A DNA stretch of 64,000 bases from Prasinococcaceae sp. CCMP 1430 (Eukaryota > Plantae > Prasinodermophyta): contig RQSC01001202.1 of assembly GCA_013416795.1 (NCBI GenBank), forward strand, positions 62,001 through 126,000, read 5' to 3'. Both the position numbers and the translations under genes were made by a program. Every line of letters starts with the position of its first letter. Position 1 is the first letter of the stretch. Of this stretch, positions 57,664 through 64,000 are shown one piece after another. Under the pieces are notes generated by a model. That model did no database searches. It saw only the letters and a list, made by a program, of their open reading frames with translations, and was not told the origin of the DNA.

Positions 57664-60600
57664 TCACCAGTACATGGTGTTGATGATGCGTTCGTTGGGG
57701 CTCGGAAGCTGTCCGGTAGTCCCGACGCCACCCTCTCGATAGCTCGAGGTCCGCTCTGCGACCTGTGCGCAGTAGTACAGCGGTACCGGCGAGCCGACCA
57801 CCTTCCCACAGAACGCGTAGCCCGTGTGGAGCGCGAGCATGAGGCGCTGCAATGCTTCATCCTCCGCTCGATCGATGTCGGAGTGCAGCGGGATGACCTG
57901 CTCCAGGCGAGGCACGCCGAGGACCCCCTTGTGTGCGGCGAGGTAGAACGCGGACATGCGATCGCAGAGGTCATTGATCTCGCCGCTTGAGATGTCGGTG
58001 ATGACCGTGCCGGGGAGCGGGTTCCCGGTCCTTGAGTCCTTCGCGTCGTGGCTCTCCGGCCACGCGTGCATGCCCGTTTTCTGCACGACGTTGTACGAAA
58101 GCTTCGGCTTGCCTCCAAGCATCTGCTTGACATGTCCTTTCTCGAGCACGCGCTGGAGGCCTTCTTCGAGCTCGCGCGTCTTTGCTGCCTCGAGGGATCC
58201 TGCAGCGACGCCGTTCCTTAGGACGACGATCAGGTCAAGCTTCGCGCCATTGTTGCGGACGCTCCACGCCTCGAGACTGTCCTCGAAGAGCCGGCACGCG
58301 AGCTCAGGCTCAAGAAGCATCCCATTACTCGCGGCGTCTTCGTCGCCGCTCCTAAACTCGGCGCAACGGGCGACGTACTGCTGCGCGCCCTCGACGAGCG
58401 TGCACACCGTCGCAATGGCGGGCGAAGCGACCTCCGCGATGGGACGGTACACGTCAACTCCCATGACAGCGACCGTGTTCATGCCATGTGGAAGCGGCAT
58501 GCTGGCGGCGTAGTTGAGCCCGCCCATCTTGGCGTTGATCTTCTGGGCCATGTTTGCCTGCTCCGAGTTGCGAAACTTCTGGAGCGTGGCCTGGCGGATC
58601 TTGACCAGCCTGAGCCCGCGCTGATCAGCGCAGAAGTTCATGTTGAACGTCCAGCCATCGTGCGAAGACATGCCTGCCATGTTGCCGGTCCCAGACGTTG
58701 GCTTTTCGCCGGGAATCACGCAGATCGCCAGGTCCAGCGGCCTGCCGAGAGCTCTCTCTGCTTGGTCGCAGAAGGCATCGACCCAGCTCCCTCCGTCCAG
58801 CGGGCTCTGCACCACGTGGACGTGGAGGGCCCTCGCGCCACACCTGTACTGCAGGCGCGAGTCCATGCGGATCCCTTTGGATACGCAGGTGCTCACGAGC
58901 TGGGTCAGGCAGCTCTCTGCCTGCCCTTCCAAATCACGACGCGGCTGGTCCGTGACCATGCACAACGCGAACGTGAAGTCGTCCGCGCCGCGCACAAAGC
59001 CCTGGCGAAGGTTGCTCATGAAGTCAAAGCCGCCCTGGGCGACCAGTCCGCGTGGCCCGTCGCGCTGGATCTCTGCACGTGCTCCGCCCTGGTTGAGCTC
59101 CAGCCTAGGGAGCTCCAGGCGCTTCGCCGTCGCCCCGTGCATGGCTGACGAGCACTCAATGCCGAAAGCTTTCATGAGCGGGTTGTTGTTGACGATCTCG
59201 CTCACGAGCCTTTCCAGGGTGCTCTTCCGGCCGGTGGGGTTGCTGTAGGTGCCGCGCCTATCGAGCATCTTGCTGAGTGCCGTCTGTGGGGGCTGGCCCT
59301 TGGCCCGCTGCCCGGCGACGATCCTGACGTGCTCGAGCGGAAAGGCCGTTGTCGACCCCGGCCTTGCGCGGATGAGCGGAAGACCAGGATACTCCAGCGA
59401 CGCCCCCTTCGATTCGAAGTGGCTCGCCACGGAGATGCTGGTGTCGCCCTTCTTGAACATGTACTCACGCGCCGACTCCTCCGTCAGGACGGAGCCGGGG
59501 CCTGCGGTTGGCCGCTCCGTACCCCCATCGCGCTCGTCAGGCCGTGTGGAGGCCTCGTCGCGCTCGATGCGGGCCTTGATGAGCATTGGCTTTCCAGGAC
59601 CGCCGAGACCAGGGATGCCTTCAACCCACATCCCGTCGAGGCCGCCCCACGATGAACCTCGACCTGACTTGTCCCCGAAGAGGAAGATCTCGCGGGTCCT
59701 CGCGTCGAAGGTCGCATGACCATCCGAGCGAAAGCCACGCGTTGCGTACCCTCCGAGGAGGGACGCACCGAAGACGATTTCCGGCAGCTCTTTGTCCTTT
59801 GCGACCTGTGTCACGCCGATTGCGGCGGACACGAACAGATCCTTGCCGCAACTGCGTGTTGCCGCCTTGACGCCGACGAGCACGACACGATTGTCGTCCT
59901 GGTCGAATGGCTCGCCCTTAAGCTTGCTCATTGGGCAGAGGACGCCCTTCTTCTCGTCAGCCAGCTGGCCGGACTTGAACGCCAGGTCCACCACCGCCTC
60001 GACGGCGCGATCGTCGCGCGCAGAGGTCTTGGTAGGGATGACAGTGGGCTTCCAAACCGTGATCTGGAAGCGCCACGCCCTGTCGCGCGGGTGTTCCAGC
60101 AGCCTGGGTTTCCAGGGGCGCTTCGGGTCCGTGACGGCCAGTGGGCCATCCTGGAAGAAGCTGCTCGGCAGCTCCGTGGGCCTTTCCAAAATGGAGCGCA
60201 GCGTGGGGTTGTGGTGTGGCGACGGGTGCGCGCGCCGTCGAGTGTCAGCCTTCGGCGCCTGCGCGGGAGCTACGACGGGGGTGCTACGCAACGCGCACGC
60301 ACGTGTAGAGCGTCCCAGAAGGAGCTCCATCGTAGATGAAGGGCGTGTCCAGCATGCCCTTCTGCTCGAACATGCGAGCGATGAGCTTGCGGGTCAGCTC
60401 GCCCCCCTTCATCAGAGGGACGGCTTCGCCGCCGCTAAGCTTCGCCAATCGCACGTGGCATGCGTGCCACTCTTCCTTGGTGATGGTCACCCCAAACACG
60501 TTCACCTTGGCGGTGAACGGAGTGCCTGGGGTGACCATCGTGCCCGCCCCTGACGACGGCCTCCCCGGTCCTGGGCCGCCACCGCCCCCCGCTCCAACAG

Positions 60601-61031
60601 GGCGCGGCGTGCCGCACCTGAAGCAGAACTGCTTGGAGGCGAACACGTTGGCCCCGCACCCTGGGCAGGTCCAGTCGCCAGGCCGGCCTGTGCGCGCGAG
60701 CACGCGCCGCAGGGGCGCGCGGGCGCAGGCGAGGGCGGCCGCGCACGCGCGCGGGCGCGCGCGCAAGCGACGCATTTGTTGAAAGTTAGTGCCATGTTCT
60801 AAACCCTATGTAACATCTATTGAGACCTAAAAACTGGACTCCATCGCTCTCACCTCCACCTGCCGTGGGACGCGCGTAGCCGCCGTAGCCGTACCCCTCG
60901 CCGCGACCGTCGCGGTCGCGGCGGGGGGCATACCCGTCGCGGTCGCCGTAGCTGCCGCCGCGGTCGCTGTAGCCGCTGCCGCTGCGGTCGCCGTAGCCGC
61001 TGCCGCCGCGGTCGCCGTAGCCGCCGCCGCG
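57664..61031 (-). CDS. AGO: Divergent Argonaute (N, PAZ, MID, PIWI) with an N-terminal RanBP2-type zinc finger and probably GYGDR/RGG repeats; exons 60181-57664, 60687-60303 and probably 61031 to about 60854
   Basis: N domain (TAKVNVFGV, FIYDG...LYT), PAZ (ISVASHF...LEYPGLPLI...FPLEHVRIVAGQR), MID (QANMAQKINAKMGG) and PIWI (VMGVDV, GNPLPGTV, FYLAAH, PVPLYY). Intron 60302-60182 joins in phase 2. Confidence 0.88.
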
Positions 61032-61322
61032 NNNNNNNNNNNNNNNNNNNNNNNNNNNNNNNNNNNNNNNNNNNNNNNNNNNNNNNNNNNNNNNNNNNNN
61101 NNNNNNNNNNNNNNNNNNNNNNNNNNNNNNNNNNNNNNNNNNNNNNNNNNNNNNNNNNNNNNNNNNNNNNNNNNNNNNNNNNNNNNNNNNNNNNNNNNNN
61201 NNNNNNNNNNNNNNNNNNNNNNNNNNNNNNNNNNNNNNNNNNNNNNNNNNNNNNNNNNNNNNNNNNNNNNNNNNNNNNNNNNNNNNNNNNNNNNNNNNNN
61301 NNNNNNNNNNNNNNNNNNNNNN

Positions 61323-63039
61323 CCGCGCGGCGAGCGCGCGTGCGAGCACGCGCACTTCGCCTCGGCGGCGGCCGTCGCAGGGGCCGGGGCGGACGGGGAA
61401 CGCGGCGGATGGGAGGCCCAGCTGTCCGAGGAGATTGCAGCCGCAGCGAGCGACGCGGAGGACGCCGTCGCCGATCGAGCGGAGGCGCTCGACCCCTGGG
61501 TGGCCACCGCGCTGCGCGTCGCCGCGTCGGCGTGGGACGAGTGCCGCGCGGAGCGCTCGCTCGGGCAGCAGAGGGTGCGTCGGCGCGGCGAGCGGGCGCG
61601 GGAGCGGCTGCGCGTGCGCGGGGTGGCCAGGCCCAGCGGGTGCAATGCGACGCGCACGCGCGCCCGCGCCTCAGTGCTCGCGCTGACATCCCCGGGACGG
61701 CCGCAAAACACAACACACCGCCAGTTCGGCGGCATCGCCTCGGCGGCGCCCGCGCGCGACGAGGCGGAGCGGGCCATTCGCACGGCGGTGGAGAGGATGG
61801 CGGAGTGCGGCGGCACGCTTCCCGAGGGCGGCGTGTGGGCGCGCCTCTTCGTCGCCGCGCGTGGCGTTGTGGCCGGCGCGGCGCTCGCGAGCGGCGCGGA
61901 CGACAGCGCGCTGCGCGCTGCAGCTCGTCGACGCGGCCCTCTCGCTGGGCGGCGCACGAGCGCGCGCGCACCCGGGTCAGGCGCGCACGCACGCGCTGGC
62001 GTGGGTGGGGGCGCTCGCGCGCGAGGCAGCCGAGGCGCAGCCGTTAGACTCTGGAGCCGCCGCGCTGCCACCCGTCAGCCCCGCGAACGCGCGCATCCCG
62101 GCCTCGCCTCCGTCCTCCGACGTCCCGCACATCCCGCCCGAGCGAGCAGTGCCACGCAAGAGCTGCGTGGGGCTGAGCGCCGCGCGCTTCGCGGACGCCC
62201 ACGTGCGTGCGCGCGAGCCCGTCGTGCTCACCGACATGCTCTCCCCGTGGCTGGACGACGACCTCGCACGCGAGATGTCCGACCTTCGCTGGTGGTCTGA
62301 CCCCGCCACGTGCGGCAATTGCCTGGTGCCGGTGGAGATGGGCGTCTCCCTGCGCTACGGTGCCGCCGGTGGCGGCGCCAACGGCGCCGAGAGGATAATG
62401 CGCGTGGCGGAGCTTGCGCGATTCATGGCGCAGAGCAACGCCAGCAGCGCCAGCGACGCAGACGATGCGCCCGGGGGCGGCGCCGATGGCAACGGGGGCG
62501 CGCGCCCGCAGGACCAGAGGGATCAAGGGTCCAGCGGCGGCGAAGACGACGTGGAGGGAGGCCATGCGCGCGCCAAGGACGACCCTCCTGCAGGTCTGCA
62601 GGTTGCGTACATGAGCCAGCACCGCCTGCTGCACCACGCACCCGCGCTGCGCGAGCGCTTCGAAGTGCCCCCGTATGCCCTTGGCCGAGTGGGCAGCATG
62701 AACGTGTGGCTGGGCACGCGTGGAACGGTGACACCGCTGCACACAGATGAGGCGCAGAACTTGCTGTCGCAGCTCGCTGGGGCCAAGTACGTGCGCCTCT
62801 ACTCGCCGCGCGCGCGCGCGGCTATGTACCCCTTCCGCTCGGCAGGCAACGAGGCAGCAAACGAGTACTCGGAGGTGCGTTGCGAGTCACCCGACGCGAA
62901 TCGTCACCCCCTCTTCCTGGCTGAGGAAGGCTTCAAAGAGGTCGTGCTGCTGCCGGGCGAGACGCTCTTCATACCGAAGGGGTGGTGGCACTATGTCCGC
63001 GCCCTCACCACCGCGGCCAGCATGAATACCTGGTGGTGA
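61323..63039 (+). CDS. JMJD5: JmjC protein of the JMJD5/KDM8 (JMJ30) class; 5' end in the gap, apparent frameshift near 61915
   Basis: EPVVLTDM, VPVEMG, AYMSQHRLL, NVWLGTRGTVTPLHTD (HxD), QLAGAKYVRLY (K) and LFIPKGWWHYVRAL (His). Confidence 0.88.
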
Positions 63040-63523
63040 ATCCCGCCTTTGTACCGCCCGCGTCGACGCCGCGCGTGCTGCGAAGCCTACAGGCGCGCTG
63101 CGCCGGTGCGCAACGCGCTCGTGCGCGTGTTGCCTGCGGTGGCCGCCGGCTGCGCGGCACGCAGCACTCCTGAAACCCCGTGACGCCCGTGGTTACAATA
63201 TATATATTTTTATTTGTACTATATGAAGCACACGTGGCACATTTTGTGGGGTCGGAGTCGCGTCAGACGCCTCAATTCTTTTTGATGCACTGCAGCGGCG
63301 AAGGGGTCGGGGAACGGCGCGCGCCAGCTCGCCGCCGTGCGCGCGCAGGGGCGCGCCGCTGCCGCCGTCACCACACCGCGCGAACAGCGCGGGCGGGCGC
63401 CCGCAACGCCCTGCTCGCGACACCGACTGAGAGCGCTCGCAGACCCAGCCTAGCGTCCGAGGCCGCCGCGAACGAGAGGGCTGAGAAGGCGAAGGCGGCA
63501 TTGTGCGCATCCGCGCGGCGGCC

Positions 63524-64000
63524 ATGCGTACGCTCGCGTTGCTCGCGGCACTTGCCGCGTTCGCGGGGCCGCGCGGAGCCTGCGCCTACCCGTGGTACTG
63601 GAAGTCGTGTGCACACCCGCGTGCGGCTCAAGGGAGGCACGGATACCCAACCGCCATGGGTGGCGCAATCGTGCCGCCGCAGCGTGACGATGGCATCGCT
63701 GTGACGGTGTTGGGCGCGACAGCAATTGGCGCGCCGCTCGCCGCGGGCGGCCGCAACTACACGCTCTCCGTCGAGTACACACGCGCCGCGCACGGCATGC
63801 TCACAGCTTCGACGGGTGCGCTGAGCGATGCAACAGGTGCTGTAAGCTGTGGCAGCAAGCGCGCCGACCTGGCGACACGAGGCAGGATGCACGAGGTGGT
63901 GTGGACCTCGCCGCCTTTCGCACCCGTCAGTAGAGAGCTCAAGGTCGAGGTCACGCTCGGTGAGCAGCGCCTGGCTGCGAGCTCGAGCGCCAATGTGCGC
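63524..64000 (+). CDS. Secreted Reeler-like domain protein, running off the window end
   Basis: Hand-translated, not in the ORF track: MRTLALLAALAAFAGPRGACAYPWYWKSCAHP...GRHG...DDGIAVTVLG...NYTLSV...SCGSKR...HEVVWTSP. It shares the AYPxW..C..P..H..DDGI pattern with the gene at 3588. Confidence 0.7.
   Translation, partial: MRTLALLAALAAFAGPRGACAYPWYWKSCAHPRAAQGRHGYPTAMGGAIVPPQRDDGIAVTVLGATAIGAPLAAGGRNYTLSVEYTRAAHGMLTASTGALSDATGAVSCGSKRADLATRGRMHEVVWTSPPFAPVSRELKVEVTLGEQRLAASSSANVR

Overview
This is a gene-dense, very GC-rich eukaryotic nuclear segment, most likely from a green alga. Support: spliceosomal introns with GTGCGT/GTGAGC donors and CTGAC/CTAAC branch points, TGTAA poly(A) signals just after several stop codons, and plastid genes such as OHP1, RIQ and VTE5. 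It is a draft assembly with N-gaps at 6060-6474, 15463-15500, 45388-45663 and 61032-61322 and single Ns at 16741 and 39339. About 28 protein-coding genes or partial genes can be supported: PPR, Reeler-DOMON-cytochrome b561, OHP1, ROK/PPGK-EF-hand-thioredoxin, pyruvate kinase, BRUTUS, AIR1-like, ECA3, RIQ, NYN-LOTUS, PhzF, SET, YeiH, lipase, VTE5, xylose isomerase, CCD, AP2 factor, RPL12, V-ATPase c'', ABCG, a fucosyltransferase-like protein, a GH42-like protein, a WW protein, Argonaute, JMJD5 and a second Reeler protein. Two observations stand out. The first is a very divergent Argonaute (57664-61031, minus strand) with an N-terminal RanBP2 zinc finger, probably preceded by TAF15-like GYGDR repeats; its slicer tetrad and 5'-phosphate pocket are both substituted. 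The second is an apparently catalytically dead polyphosphate glucokinase fused in frame to EF-hands and a CRPC thioredoxin, resembling calredoxin with an added sugar-kinase fold. All family assignments come from motif recognition by eye; no database search was run.
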